From: Candidatus Woesearchaeota archaeon
GTDB lineage: Archaea; Nanobdellota; Nanobdellia; Woesearchaeales; JACQSR01
Length of the DNA stretch: 64,000 bases
Assembly (NCBI GenBank): GCA_016211215.1
Contig: JACQSR010000028.1
Location: forward strand, 11,423-75,422
Direction of reading: 5' to 3'
This document shows, in pieces, positions 25,712-35,552 of this stretch. A model generated the notes under the pieces. The model made no database searches, was not told where the DNA came from, and saw only the letters and a program-made list of their open reading frames with translations. The stretch's first letter is position 1. Every line of letters starts with the position of its first letter. A program made the translations under genes and the position numbers.

Positions 25712-26509
25712 CTAATCTTTTTGCTTCAATGACTTCTCAAAATCATTGAGCATGTTCTCGAGCACCTTAGCAGCCTCCTGCAAAACCTTTTTCGCATCAA
25801 GCTGTCCAAAAGTCTCTATGAAAAGTATTATGTCCTTATCCTGCTCCACTATGACTGCGCCTTCGCTGGGATTTTCCTCTACGCACACCTGTCCCAGATA
25901 ACCATCAACAATCGGGCTGCTTAGCGCATCTTTATTCTGCCTGAGCAGTCCCAATGTCCCCGGCGGGCATACCTCTGCCTTTTCCCTTGTCTTTTCATCA
26001 ACCTTCTCAAGCACAGTCAGCTTCGGCTTGTACTTGTAGTAAACATGAGCAGGTATCCACTTGGAATGAACCTTGCCTTTCCCTAAAACCGCTGTTGCCT
26101 CTATCTCAATTGATTGGCCTTTAAGCAGCTGGACTATTGGCATTTTTGGAAACGCAGGTTTTATTGCTGAATCCGCGCTCTTGATGTCCGACGCATAAAC
26201 AATCCCCGGCCCCTTGCCTTCCAGCGTTAGTTTCACCTGGCATCTTGCGCATCCCTTCCCTTCGCACTTGCATTCTTCCAGAAGATTGTAAGATTTAAGG
26301 TCTGTAGTCAAAGGCAGCAATCCCAGTCTGTGCCCCAGCATCTCGTCATAAAGCGCCGATGTGTTTTTCCTTACTTCAACATCCTCTATGGCCATCGTCG
26401 GGACTTCCTCCACGATAATCCTCCTTATAGTATTCAAAAAAACAGGAGTGGTATCCTTGAAGAGCAACGCAACCCTGTCCTTCTCCTTCTCCAAAAGCCT
26501 TGCTTCCAT
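25712..26509 (-). CDS. rpoD: DNA-directed RNA polymerase subunit D (Rpo3)
   Basis: TTPVFLNTIRRIIVEEVPTMAIEDVEV..NTSALYDEMLGHRLGLLPL matches the Rpb3/RpoD family, with a Cys cluster CKCEGKGCARC. The stop lies 1 nt from the tRNA 5' end. Confidence 0.9.
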   Translation of the reverse strand: MEARLLEKEKDRVALLFKDTTPVFLNTIRRIIVEEVPTMAIEDVEVRKNTSALYDEMLGHRLGLLPLTTDLKSYNLLEECKCEGKGCARCQVKLTLEGKGPGIVYASDIKSADSAIKPAFPKMPIVQLLKGQSIEIEATAVLGKGKVHSKWIPAHVYYKYKPKLTVLEKVDEKTREKAEVCPPGTLGLLRQNKDALSSPIVDGYLGQVCVEENPSEGAVIVEQDKDIILFIETFGQLDAKKVLQEAAKVLENMLNDFEKSLKQKD

Positions 26510-26928
26510 CAGACTCTCCTCCCTCTTTTTCCGCCTTTCTTCCTGCAGCCGTCATGGGGAATTGGCGTAACATCCTCTATAATCCCTATCCTTAGGCCCA
26601 TTCTCGAAAGTGCCCGTATTGCAGCCTGCGCACCTTGCCCCGGGTTCATTGGGCCGTTATGGCCTCCGGGTGCTTTAATCTTGACATGAAGTGCATTTAT
26701 GCCCTGGTCGCGTGCAATCTCAGCAGCCTTTTTTGCGGCCATCATCGCTGCTGTGGGGCTGCTCTCCATCCTGTCGCTCTTCACCATCTGGCCTCCCGAG
26801 GTGATAGTTATCGTCTCGGAGCCGGTAATATCTGTGATATGGATTATTGTATTGTTATAAGAACTGTATATATGGGCCAATCCCCATCTTTCCCTTGGCG
26901 CAGAATCCTGTTGCGTTGGTCTAGGCAT
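26509..26928 (-). CDS. rps11: 30S ribosomal protein S11 (uS11)
   Basis: [21 protein letters not shown]...[31 protein letters not shown] is present. Confidence 0.92.
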   Translation of the reverse strand: MPRPTQQDSAPRERWGLAHIYSSYNNTIIHITDITGSETITITSGGQMVKSDRMESSPTAAMMAAKKAAEIARDQGINALHVKIKAPGGHNGPMNPGQGAQAAIRALSRMGLRIGIIEDVTPIPHDGCRKKGGKRGRRV

Positions 26929-27505
26929 GTGGCTTCACCCCCTCTCTTTTCCCTTCCTCCCTTCTCTTCCCCCTCCTCTTTGGCTTCTTCTCAATCAACA
27001 CCCTTTCCGGGTGCTCTGCATTCAAAAGCGGAGATGAGCCGTAAAATCCTATAAGAGGTTCCTCCGATATCGAAACTATATAGGATGGTGAATTTATTTT
27101 CTTGTCTCCAATCGATATGTGCTCATGCACTATAAACTGCCTTGACTGCAGCATGGAGCGTGCAAGATTCTTCCTGAAAACAAGGCTTTGCAGGCGCCTG
27201 TTCATGATGTCGTGAATGCCAAGTGTGAGTATGTCTCCAATATCTGAGCCCTCCTTCAGCAGACCAAGACCCTGCAGCTTCTTCAGCAAATGTGCCCTTT
27301 CAGATTCAGTCTGGGAAGATTTTATTGTGGAAAACCTCTTTGCCTGCCGGGAAAATTTCCTCAGCAATGAGGACATCTTCCAAATCTCCTTCTTGTTTCC
27401 CAGCCCATAAGTGGTAATAATCTCCCTTTCGGACTCAATCCTCGCACGCTGCCAGGGATGCTTCGGGGTTGAATACTTTTTCCTCTGCTTTTTTGGGTCT
27501 CCCAT
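26921..27505 (-). CDS. rps4: 30S ribosomal protein S4 (uS4)
   Basis: [19 protein letters not shown]... and an S4 RNA-binding domain are present. The start is trimmed to ATG 27505. Confidence 0.9.
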   Translation of the reverse strand: MGDPKKQRKKYSTPKHPWQRARIESEREIITTYGLGNKKEIWKMSSLLRKFSRQAKRFSTIKSSQTESERAHLLKKLQGLGLLKEGSDIGDILTLGIHDIMNRRLQSLVFRKNLARSMLQSRQFIVHEHISIGDKKINSPSYIVSISEEPLIGFYGSSPLLNAEHPERVLIEKKPKRRGKRREEGKREGVKPHA

Positions 27506-27546
27506 TTTTATCTCCGCAAACACCGGGACCTAAAAACATTTGATTG

Positions 27547-27567
27547 TTTGGAAACGGGGTTTCCAAA
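27547..27567. promoter_or_regulatory. perfect 9-bp stem hairpin between rps13 and rps4
   Basis: TTTGGAAAC-GGG-GTTTCCAAA. On the transcribed (minus) strand it is followed by TGTTTTTAGG. Confidence 0.35.
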
Positions 27568-27607
27568 TCCACGAAAATCTTTGATTTTCTTTGTTTTTTG
27601 TCCCATT

Positions 27608-28096
27608 TTAGGTCTTTCCGCCCGCCTTTGACGGCTTCTTCACTCCAAGAGCCTTGCCCTTGTTCCTTCTGAAATTTGATTTTGTCTTCTGGCCTCTTAC
27701 AGGAAGTCCCTGCATATGCCTTATCCCCTTGTAGCTCCTCATTTTCTTCATCATCTTCGTGTCATTCTCATTTGCAAACTGGAGGTCTGCCATGACAAGA
27801 TGCCTGTCCTCGCCGGTTTCAGTGTCATTTCTCCGGTTTACAAGCCAGCGTGGAATTTCATACTTCAGCGGGTTTTTCACGAAATCATCAATCTTCTGTG
27901 TTTCAGAATCAGAAAGCTCTCCTGCCCTCTTGGAGAAATTCACATTCGCCATAGTGCATGCAGCGTTTGCCATCATGAATCCTATTCCTTTTATTCTCAA
28001 CAGGGCATTGCCTATTGATTTCTTCCCGTCGAGGTCTGTGTTTGCAATCCTGACGAGGTACTTGAAATCCTTGTGCTCTGCCTTTTGCTCTGCCAT
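27608..28096 (-). CDS. rps13: 30S ribosomal protein S13 (uS13)
   Basis: FKYLVRIANTDLDGKKSIGNALLRIKGIG... matches S13. The alternative ATG at 28102 would add 2 residues. Confidence 0.9.
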   Translation of the reverse strand: MAEQKAEHKDFKYLVRIANTDLDGKKSIGNALLRIKGIGFMMANAACTMANVNFSKRAGELSDSETQKIDDFVKNPLKYEIPRWLVNRRNDTETGEDRHLVMADLQFANENDTKMMKKMRSYKGIRHMQGLPVRGQKTKSNFRRNKGKALGVKKPSKAGGKT

Positions 28097-28404
28097 CAAC
28101 ATAACAACCCATAGAATTCCCTTATGAGAACCCTAAGCGCGCCTCAGAGAGACTCGGGCTGTTCAGCTTCAAAAATCAGGGTCTGTTTAAAAAGGTATCG
28201 GTTGCTTTTTCGCCAAATGGTTCCCCCTCGCTTCTCCCATTAAGTCTAAAAAAACCTGTCGCTCACTCAAGGATATTGTTTCCAGATGCGGAGGCATTGA
28301 CATCCCCATGCGCAAAACACTCTTTGAACGCCGGCTAACAGAAAAGTATTTAGACAAGACAAGGGATATGGGGGTATATTAGCAATAACCGGAGCTGAGG
28401 GAAA

Positions 28405-28740
28405 ATGAGAAAATGCCCAATTTGCAATAAGGGGAATCTGGAAAATGTCAGCGACATAACGCTTGAGATAGAAGGGTACATATTCATAGTCAAAGGGGAA
28501 AGATGCACCAGCTGCAACGAGGAATTCCCGCACCAAGAAGAGGCTCAGCGCACAATCTCGGTTGCACGCCGCCTTGGCGTATGGCCGGAATCATTGAAGC
28601 TTTACAGGCATCTGTCAAAGAGCGGCGGTGGCCTTGTGTTCAGAATCCCAAGCGACTTGGAAAAACAGCTCAAGCTCAGCGAAAAAACAGAGATTGCCAT
28701 ATCAAAAGTCGGGAACAAGATTGTGATAGAGGCGGGATAA
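28405..28740 (+). CDS. zinc-ribbon / AbrB-like fusion protein (putative DNA-binding regulator)
   Basis: CPICN...CTSCN is a 4-Cys ribbon. The C-terminal GGGLVFRIPSDLEKQLKLSEKTEIAISKVGNKIVIE is SpoVT/AbrB-like. It is a paralog of 63448..63768. Confidence 0.6.
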   Translation: MRKCPICNKGNLENVSDITLEIEGYIFIVKGERCTSCNEEFPHQEEAQRTISVARRLGVWPESLKLYRHLSKSGGGLVFRIPSDLEKQLKLSEKTEIAISKVGNKIVIEAG

Positions 28741-28787
28741 TTCAGGTTTACAACGCGAAATATTAATAAACTAATTCCTATTCCCTA

Positions 28788-29039
28788 ATGCCAATGAATA
28801 AGGAAACAAGCGATTACATTCGGAAAGAAACCATCAGGTATCTTGAGGGGGGGCGTAAAGAGATGTTTGCATATTATACTATTAATGGCCGTAATATTCC
28901 CGCTAATCCCTCCCACTTTGGAGAGATAGCTGATGAGCTGTTTCTGGACACGAAGCATCCGCTCTTCATGAATGTTCTTATATCAATCGCGGAAAATGCA
29001 GCGAAGCGAGATGCAGCAGCCAAATTAAAGGACAAATAG
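28788..29039 (+). CDS. hypothetical protein
   Basis: Only an intact 83-codon ORF in an otherwise unoccupied interval supports this call; no family was recognised. Confidence 0.4.
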   Translation: MPMNKETSDYIRKETIRYLEGGRKEMFAYYTINGRNIPANPSHFGEIADELFLDTKHPLFMNVLISIAENAAKRDAAAKLKDK

Positions 29040-29131
29040 TAAGTATCCCTATATTGCCCATTCTTCAGTTTCGCAAACATTGATAAATTAAATCCCGTTC
29101 CCAAATAGCTATAGCGTTGACAAATAAAGCG

Positions 29132-29800
29132 ATGAAAAGAAGAACCTTTCTGGGAATAGGAATGGGGTTGGCAGCCCTGGCATTTGGCTATTTTAATGCC
29201 CAAAAAAAGAATGAAGGCAGAATAAAGGAGCGGGGCTTGGTTGTTGCTGTAAGCGAGGACAAAAAATCCATGCTTGTCAGAGGCTATGACAGCAAACTCT
29301 ACTCTGCAGCTGAAAATTTCACAGGCGACTGGACCAATCTTACCGAGGGTGACGAGGTAGTTGTTTATGGAACTGACAAGAAAAAAAGCACCGCCACCGG
29401 TTATTTGCCGGGCAATTTCAAGGTTGACGGCCCGGTTGTCGAAGTTGACCTTTACGCCCTTGAAATCAAGCGCTCCAGAAAAACTGAACTGCAGAAGGAT
29501 AATCTAAAAAGCTTCGGAGATTTTACTTATGAAGATAACCTTGAAGTAAAGCTGGAGCAAGGCAGGCACACACTTGACATTTGGTCTTACAGTGTTAAGT
29601 ATGGCGAGGGCGCCTCTTACATAGCAGACAGATTCAACATCGAAGACAAAGAATCTGGCGATTTAAGGCTGAATGCAACAATATCCGATGTGTACTTATT
29701 CCTCGCGGATTCCCGGGGAGCAAAAAAGCTTGTGCCTGTCGAATTTAATGCGCTGAAGCCAGGCGATGTTGTTTATGTGGTTCCAAAGCCGCCTCAGTAA
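29132..29800 (+). CDS. secreted hypothetical protein with Tat-like signal
   Basis: MKRRTFLGIGMGLAALAFGYFNAQ carries the twin-arginine RRxFLG. ATG 29132 is preferred over TTG 29117. Confidence 0.5.
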   Translation: MKRRTFLGIGMGLAALAFGYFNAQKKNEGRIKERGLVVAVSEDKKSMLVRGYDSKLYSAAENFTGDWTNLTEGDEVVVYGTDKKKSTATGYLPGNFKVDGPVVEVDLYALEIKRSRKTELQKDNLKSFGDFTYEDNLEVKLEQGRHTLDIWSYSVKYGEGASYIADRFNIEDKESGDLRLNATISDVYLFLADSRGAKKLVPVEFNALKPGDVVYVVPKPPQ

Positions 29801-30831
29801 TTCATCTTATACCTCAAAATAGCTCCAATTCCCCCCAACCCATCAAGCCTCTTGCCGCCGTCATGCTCCGAAGAAATGAGATGCACTTTCCCGTTCATCG
29901 AGTCAACCGTTTTCATAATCCCGTCTATGCCTGTATAATTTTTTTCTTCCCTGAATTTTTTGATTAGTCCATCCGTCACAAGAAGAATCTCAACAGCGCC
30001 GGATTCCGCAACTCCTTTCACTTCCTTAAAGCCGTACGCAGCCTTTCCGTCCTTTGAAATCTCCCCGAGAAGGTTCTCGACCATGTTCATCTCCTGCGTA
30101 GTCCTGTCTTCCTTCATCACGTTCTGTATCTCCTTTCGCTTCAGGATTTCGCTTATCGCAGACTTTCCAACAGACGAGCATGTTGCAAGCGTGATTTTCT
30201 TCCTTAATTCCTCGTTCTTTATCACCTTCATCATCTCGTCCTTCCAGAAAGCCGGAGAAGCAAGTATTATGTGGTCTATCCTCTGCCTGGAGCTTATCTC
30301 CTCCAGCTTTTTTGCAATCTCCCCGAAGAAGTTTCCTGAAACGCGCTCCTCCATGCCCTTCTTCTCCACATTGCCTTCCAGGTGCGCGATTACCTCGTGC
30401 CCCGACCTCTTCATTATCGCAAGATAGCATTCCTCCCTGTCGAAGGCGCATATGAGCACAGGCATTTCCTTTGCCCTGCACGCCTCTTTGACTTTCTCGA
30501 GCTGGAATGAAAGCCATTTTTCCTTGATTATGGTTATCGGGGAGTTTTCCTCCACGCTGAACGAGTGGTGGATTCCCTTCGGAATGTCTTCGGTGCCCTC
30601 TGAAACCGTGCCAAGAATCCTCAATGTGTCAGAAAGCTCAGCCTTCTCTACGATTATTGAAAGAAACACCGGCTTCCTTACCGCACCTTCCCCAACCTTA
30701 ATCTTCCTCAGCGTCCTGCCCTGTACAATATCCCCGGCGTCAATTACCTGGCTCAGGCACCATAAGTCGTCCTTGTTTTCCGGCTTCAGCTTCAGCTCTC
30801 CCCCCTTGAGGTTGGAATAAACTTGAATCAT
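29794..30831 (-). CDS. pelA: Pelota/Dom34 mRNA surveillance protein
   Basis: MIQVYSNLKGGELKLKPENKDDLWCLSQVIDAGDIVQGRT... shows eRF1-like domains. The start is trimmed to ATG 30831, downstream of TTTATATATAAA. Confidence 0.9.
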   Translation of the reverse strand: MIQVYSNLKGGELKLKPENKDDLWCLSQVIDAGDIVQGRTLRKIKVGEGAVRKPVFLSIIVEKAELSDTLRILGTVSEGTEDIPKGIHHSFSVEENSPITIIKEKWLSFQLEKVKEACRAKEMPVLICAFDREECYLAIMKRSGHEVIAHLEGNVEKKGMEERVSGNFFGEIAKKLEEISSRQRIDHIILASPAFWKDEMMKVIKNEELRKKITLATCSSVGKSAISEILKRKEIQNVMKEDRTTQEMNMVENLLGEISKDGKAAYGFKEVKGVAESGAVEILLVTDGLIKKFREEKNYTGIDGIMKTVDSMNGKVHLISSEHDGGKRLDGLGGIGAILRYKMNY

Positions 30832-30911
30832 CGAATAAAAAGGAAAACATTTATATATAAACTTAATCCTTGTAGACTTGGATTTTAATAGAGGCAAAAA
30901 TAGGTGAACCC

Positions 30912-32102
30912 TTGACAAAAAGAGGACAGGGAGGCATTAACGCTGCAATCTTGGTTGCTATAATTTTCGGCCTGATACTTCTCTACATACTTGCCATCCC
31001 CCAAAAGGACCGTGATGTGATTTTGGATGGAAATTCAGGCACGACAACCATAGTGTCATCCGGGAGCTCCGCCAATACCACCTTGCTCAAGGAGGCAGTT
31101 GGCACCATTGAAGACCGCGATTTGGACAAGGGCGAGCACGACATACCTTCCTTTACACTCTTCCAGACAGCAGGCGCAAAGGTTCTTAAAAAAGTCCCGT
31201 CCTTCCAGGTCAGGAACGGCATTTTCGATTTCAGTCCCCGCGAAGTGAGGTTTTCCACTCCAGACGCAAGCCTGACGAGCAATGTTCTGCTCTCATTTTC
31301 AGTAAGCAAGGCCCAGGGCACATTAATCATCAAGCTTAACGGCAACAATATATTTGAGGGCGGCTTGGAAGGCTCTGCCCCGCAGCCAATCTCTCTTTCA
31401 AAGGAAGACCTTAAGGACGAAAACGTGCTTGAGTTCTCAGTTTCCGGAGTTGGCTGGAAGTTCTGGACCACAAACCAGTACCAGGTTGACGAGTTCCTGA
31501 TTACCGCAGACATTTCAGACAAGAGCAGGCAGTCTTCCAGGTCAGTTTTCTTCGTCAGCAGGAAGGAATTTGACAATCTGGAGACTTCATCATTCAGGTT
31601 CAACCCGGAGTGCAGCCCCTCAAATGTAGGCATCCTTGATGTTCAGCTCAACTCAAGACCTTTGTTTTCAGGCGTTCCTGACTGCGGAACCGTAAACAAG
31701 GTTGAGTTTCCGCCAACTCTTCTTGAGCCGGGGGAGAACGTCATCGGGTTCACGACCACCAAAGGCACATACCTGATAGACCAGGTGCAGGTTAAGACCG
31801 AGCTTGTCAAGGAAGTTTTCCCAATTTTTTACTTTGATGTGAACGAGACTGTATTCAGCGACATAACCAACAAGACAGTTGATGCAAGTGTGGAACTTGA
31901 CTTTGTGGATGACGACAACACCAAGCGCCTCGACCTTAACATCAACGGCCATCTTACAAATGTTGACCAGAAGAAGCCTACATTTTCAAGGAAGATTACC
32001 AGCTGGATTGAGGAAGGAAACAACTACATAGAGATACGGCCAAAGACGCGGGTAAACATCGTTGAGTTGAGGGTAATCCTCGAAGAAATCGAGGAAGAGT
32101 AG
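30912..32102 (+). CDS. surface protein with pilin-like / signal-anchor N-terminus, first gene of five-gene operon
   Basis: The TTG start is preceded by the SD AGGTGA. The N-terminus is MTKRGQGGINAAILVAIIFGLILLYILAI. The body shows three internal repeats of an L-x-[IVL]-x-[LI]-N-[GS]...G-x-N-[VY]-[LI]-[EG]-[FI] pattern. Confidence 0.6.
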   Translation: MTKRGQGGINAAILVAIIFGLILLYILAIPQKDRDVILDGNSGTTTIVSSGSSANTTLLKEAVGTIEDRDLDKGEHDIPSFTLFQTAGAKVLKKVPSFQVRNGIFDFSPREVRFSTPDASLTSNVLLSFSVSKAQGTLIIKLNGNNIFEGGLEGSAPQPISLSKEDLKDENVLEFSVSGVGWKFWTTNQYQVDEFLITADISDKSRQSSRSVFFVSRKEFDNLETSSFRFNPECSPSNVGILDVQLNSRPLFSGVPDCGTVNKVEFPPTLLEPGENVIGFTTTKGTYLIDQVQVKTELVKEVFPIFYFDVNETVFSDITNKTVDASVELDFVDDDNTKRLDLNINGHLTNVDQKKPTFSRKITSWIEEGNNYIEIRPKTRVNIVELRVILEEIEEE

Positions 32103-32126
32103 GAATTCTGGACTATAGGAGAAAAT

Positions 32127-34553
32127 ATGGCTGATGATAAAACAAGTGGAAGTTCTGAAAGCGGCAAAAAGGATGATGAAAAAGTGCATTCTGAAGAGGA
32201 GGAAAAAAGGCTTAGAAAAAGCGTTAAAGAATCTCTAAAAGAATATTTCCCGACATTTTCAGCTGCCCCGGGGAAAGTAAACGCCGCCCTAAAAACAGAT
32301 GTTTCCCCTTATATGAAGAGCTTTTACGAGAGGCTTCTGAAAAAAGAGGAATTTGGCGGAGAGGAGAAGAAAAGCATTTTTGTATCGCTTCTTGCCTTAG
32401 CCCTTTTTGTACTTGTTTTTTCTTTGGATTTTTCTGGAAGGTTTTCATGGAGTTTTTACATTAGATTCCTGATATACCTTGTTCTGAGCGCAATCCTGTT
32501 CTTGGTTCTACTTGCAAAATCCAAAATGGACGATAGAAAAAAGGCCTCGTATGTTCTAATACTTTTCATTTACTCGCTGCTGCTTCCAACATTTTTTGGA
32601 TTTATTCAGCAGTATTTCGGCTTTGTTGGTCTAACCTCTATCGCGATAATCCTTCTGCTTCCATTAGGGCCCGTAATTTTCTTGGAAAAAGTAGATTTTA
32701 TGCACCCAAAAATAAAGAGTTTTATTGTCTTTTTTTATGCGCTTGTAATGATACTGCTTTTAGTGCCTTATATTAGCAATATAACGAACCTAACTGCAGT
32801 AGACCATCTGTTCAACACCCTTTCTCAGTATGCCCCGCAAGTGTCTCCTAAAGACGGGTTGGAGAGTTGGTTAGGTGCAGTAGACAAAATGAAAGAAAAC
32901 GCAAAGAAAAGCTGGATGCGCCAAATCAACTACGCCACCGGCGGCTATTACAACGGAGTTGTTGAGGAAAATGAAAAGGAGCCGCTTGGCGTCTATCTCG
33001 AAGGCATTAAGCCAACCGAAAAGCAGTTTTTCATGAACGAGCCGGTAAGCGTCTGGGGAACGTTAAAGGCAAAGAACCTTGACACGGATAATCCCATAAT
33101 CATCAATCTGTTCTGCTCGGGAAAGCACGGCAAGAATGAAGTTTTCGGCAGCATAAACCCCGATGAGATTCCAGACGAATATTCCGGGGAAAGCAGCCCT
33201 GAATTTGAGAAAAATGACCAGGACCTTGAAGTGTACTATCTCGACGAAAAAGACATTCAATGCGACTTCAAGGAAGGCCAGCTTGACAAGGGCTCATCCC
33301 AGGTTGCAGTTAACGCAGTCTTCAACTTCCAGACACTTTCATACCTGAAAACTTATTTCATGAACCTTGAAACCCTGCGCACCCTGAACCGTGAAAACAT
33401 TGACCCGTTCAGCCAGTACGGAATTACGGAAAAAAATCCGCAGGCAGTGTTCACAAACGGCCCTGTAAAGATTGGCATGGAGCTTAGAAATCCGCCTATA
33501 GGCATAAGCCCCGATTCAGACACAAAAGTACGGCTCGGAATCACAGTTGAAAACCGATGGGAAGGCGAAATCAGGCAGCTCAGGAGGCTTGTGGTTTATC
33601 TCCCCGAAGGAATGGAACCCGACGAGACCTGCGATATTTTTGAGGAAGATACGGACCCAAAACCAGAAGACCTTGGGTTGAGAAATGAATTGGACAGAAG
33701 AACGTACAAGGCATATAAGCTGAAAGAGATTGAATCAAATCCAAGCTACAGGGACATAAAGGAATTCGTTTCCGTTGTTTGCTTCCTCAAAATACCTTCC
33801 GACGGCATAGAAACATTGCTCGCGGAATCCCCGTTCTCGACGCGCTACATACGCGCAACGGCGGAATATGACTACAACCTCAAAAAAGAGGTTGCCGTGC
33901 GCATAGAGCCGCCAAAGGGATTTTTCATGCAGATATCGCCGGCAAAGGCAACTTCTGCAGACAGCCTGAATTGCGAGGTTTCAAACTCAGACTTCAAGAT
34001 AAAAGTCAATAAATTCGAATTCAAGGTTGATGACCAAGATGCAATAACCCCTGCAAAAACCTGCGATAGCGATGGAAAGAAGTGCTCCATCACCCTGCAG
34101 CCCCAAAAGAAAGGGAGCAAAGTAACATGCACAGTTAATGCTGAAAGGTACACGGATATAGTCGAGGATGTAATCGAATCAGGCCTCGACACAAATGCAT
34201 TCGATACATACAAGGACTCAGTTGAAATGATAGTTGGTAATTCATTGCCTGTCTTTAGGGGATTGGCTTTTGAAAAGGTGGATGCTGCCTGGTTTTGCAA
34301 GGCAAAGGTTGAAGATAAAGACGAAGATGATTCAGTCTCCCTGAATTACAGGTTTGAGGGCGACATAAACAGCAACGGCAAAGAGGTAAGCTGCAGTAAA
34401 AGTGGAGAGTTATGGGAGTGCATGGCTCCATTGCCTTCAGAGGACATTGACGGAAAGCGCACCACGTGCAAGGCAAGGGCTTTTGATGGCTATTCATTCG
34501 GAAAGGAAGCCTCAGTTTCTCACTCATTTCCATTGACAGGAGGCTCAACATGA
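32127..34553 (+). CDS. polytopic membrane protein with large ectodomain (contains one copy of the module found in the three downstream lipoproteins)
   Basis: A charged N-terminus is followed by about 6 hydrophobic helices (residues about 85-225) and then a roughly 580-aa hydrophilic region. Motifs in that region (NGPVKIGMEL, ITVENRWEGEI, AEYDYNL) parallel the downstream paralogs. Confidence 0.7.
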   Translation: MADDKTSGSSESGKKDDEKVHSEEEEKRLRKSVKESLKEYFPTFSAAPGKVNAALKTDVSPYMKSFYERLLKKEEFGGEEKKSIFVSLLALALFVLVFSLDFSGRFSWSFYIRFLIYLVLSAILFLVLLAKSKMDDRKKASYVLILFIYSLLLPTFFGFIQQYFGFVGLTSIAIILLLPLGPVIFLEKVDFMHPKIKSFIVFFYALVMILLLVPYISNITNLTAVDHLFNTLSQYAPQVSPKDGLESWLGAVDKMKENAKKSWMRQINYATGGYYNGVVEENEKEPLGVYLEGIKPTEKQFFMNEPVSVWGTLKAKNLDTDNPIIINLFCSGKHGKNEVFGSINPDEIPDEYSGESSPEFEKNDQDLEVYYLDEKDIQCDFKEGQLDKGSSQVAVNAVFNFQTLSYLKTYFMNLETLRTLNRENIDPFSQYGITEKNPQAVFTNGPVKIGMELRNPPIGISPDSDTKVRLGITVENRWEGEIRQLRRLVVYLPEGMEPDETCDIFEEDTDPKPEDLGLRNELDRRTYKAYKLKEIESNPSYRDIKEFVSVVCFLKIPSDGIETLLAESPFSTRYIRATAEYDYNLKKEVAVRIEPPKGFFMQISPAKATSADSLNCEVSNSDFKIKVNKFEFKVDDQDAITPAKTCDSDGKKCSITLQPQKKGSKVTCTVNAERYTDIVEDVIESGLDTNAFDTYKDSVEMIVGNSLPVFRGLAFEKVDAAWFCKAKVEDKDEDDSVSLNYRFEGDINSNGKEVSCSKSGELWECMAPLPSEDIDGKRTTCKARAFDGYSFGKEASVSHSFPLTGGST

Positions 34554-35515
34554 GGAAGTGGATTTTGCTTCTTGCAGTTTTTCTTGCGGCATGCACGACT
34601 AAGCCTTCATTCACAAGTGAGAATGTCTACGTCGGAACTGACGGAGTATCTTTGGCTTTCACAAAAAATTCCCCCCCTGCAGAAGTTTTTGAGAACAGCA
34701 TTTTTCCAGTCGGCATTGAAATCTGGAACAAGGGCGCATACAACGTTGAAGAAGGCTATGCCCTTGTCAATCTGGACCAGGACTACATGGAGCCGGGAGA
34801 ATTTACCGGGAGCACTTCTATTTTTCCTTCAGATGCATCAAAGCTTGATTTCCAGCTCATGGGAAAATCTGAAATAAGCCAGCAGGGCGACAGGGACACA
34901 ATAGGGCTTACCGTGCTCACAAAGCCAATAGACATCTTGAGCGAAAAGCACACCTCAACGGTTTCTGTAATGGCATGCTACCGCTATCAGACATTCGCAT
35001 CGCCTAATGTATGCATAGACACCGACCCTTTCGGCATAAGGGAGAATAAAAAATCCTGCACGGTATCTGACATTCCCCTGACAGGCGGCCAGGGAGCCCC
35101 AGTTGCAGTAACCAAAGTCGAGGTTAAGATGCTTCCGTCAAAATCACAGGACAAGGTTGTTTCCCAATTCAGGATTTATGTCAAGAACATGGGCAACGGA
35201 CAGGTTGTTGACGCCTCAAAAGTAGCCGATGCATGCTCATCCGAAGGTCTCACAAAATCGGACATAAACTCGGTTTCTGTAAGCGCGCAGCTCTCAAACG
35301 GAATTGTCTTGGACTGCATACCAAAGCGCGAGGGTAATGGCGGCTTGGAGGGCTACCTGCGGCTTAAGGGAGAGGATTATGTCCTGTGCAATTACGAGGA
35401 AGGAGTTCCGATGGAGCTTGGCACATTCAAGACTACGCTTAACATAGCCCTCGATTACGGCTATATGCACTCAATATCCAAAGACGTAACAATCAGGAAA
35501 AGCGCAGTTATATGA
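34550..35515 (+). CDS. lipobox protein, paralog 1 of 3
   Basis: MRKWILLLAVFLAAC has the lipobox L-A-A-C, and the start forms an ATGA overlap with the upstream gene. Shared motifs are VCIDTDP, SCTV, GAPVAVT, KNMGNGQV and LDYGY. Confidence 0.7.
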   Translation: MRKWILLLAVFLAACTTKPSFTSENVYVGTDGVSLAFTKNSPPAEVFENSIFPVGIEIWNKGAYNVEEGYALVNLDQDYMEPGEFTGSTSIFPSDASKLDFQLMGKSEISQQGDRDTIGLTVLTKPIDILSEKHTSTVSVMACYRYQTFASPNVCIDTDPFGIRENKKSCTVSDIPLTGGQGAPVAVTKVEVKMLPSKSQDKVVSQFRIYVKNMGNGQVVDASKVADACSSEGLTKSDINSVSVSAQLSNGIVLDCIPKREGNGGLEGYLRLKGEDYVLCNYEEGVPMELGTFKTTLNIALDYGYMHSISKDVTIRKSAVI

Positions 35516-35552
35516 GTAAAATTTATAAGATGCTGATGGAAAGGGAGCTATA

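Noticed and set aside
28267-28536. 89-aa minus-strand ORF spanning the rps13 upstream spacer and the start of 28405..28740.
   Set aside because: It overlaps the better-supported Zn-ribbon/AbrB gene and has a low-complexity, hydrophobic and unconvincing sequence. I also looked in the roughly 300-nt spacer (28103-28404) for tRNA, SRP or RNase P signatures and found none.
29960-30820. Three ORFs of 122-163 aa overlapping pelota in other frames or on the other strand.
   Set aside because: The Pelota frame is clearly the coding one, with eRF1-like domains throughout.
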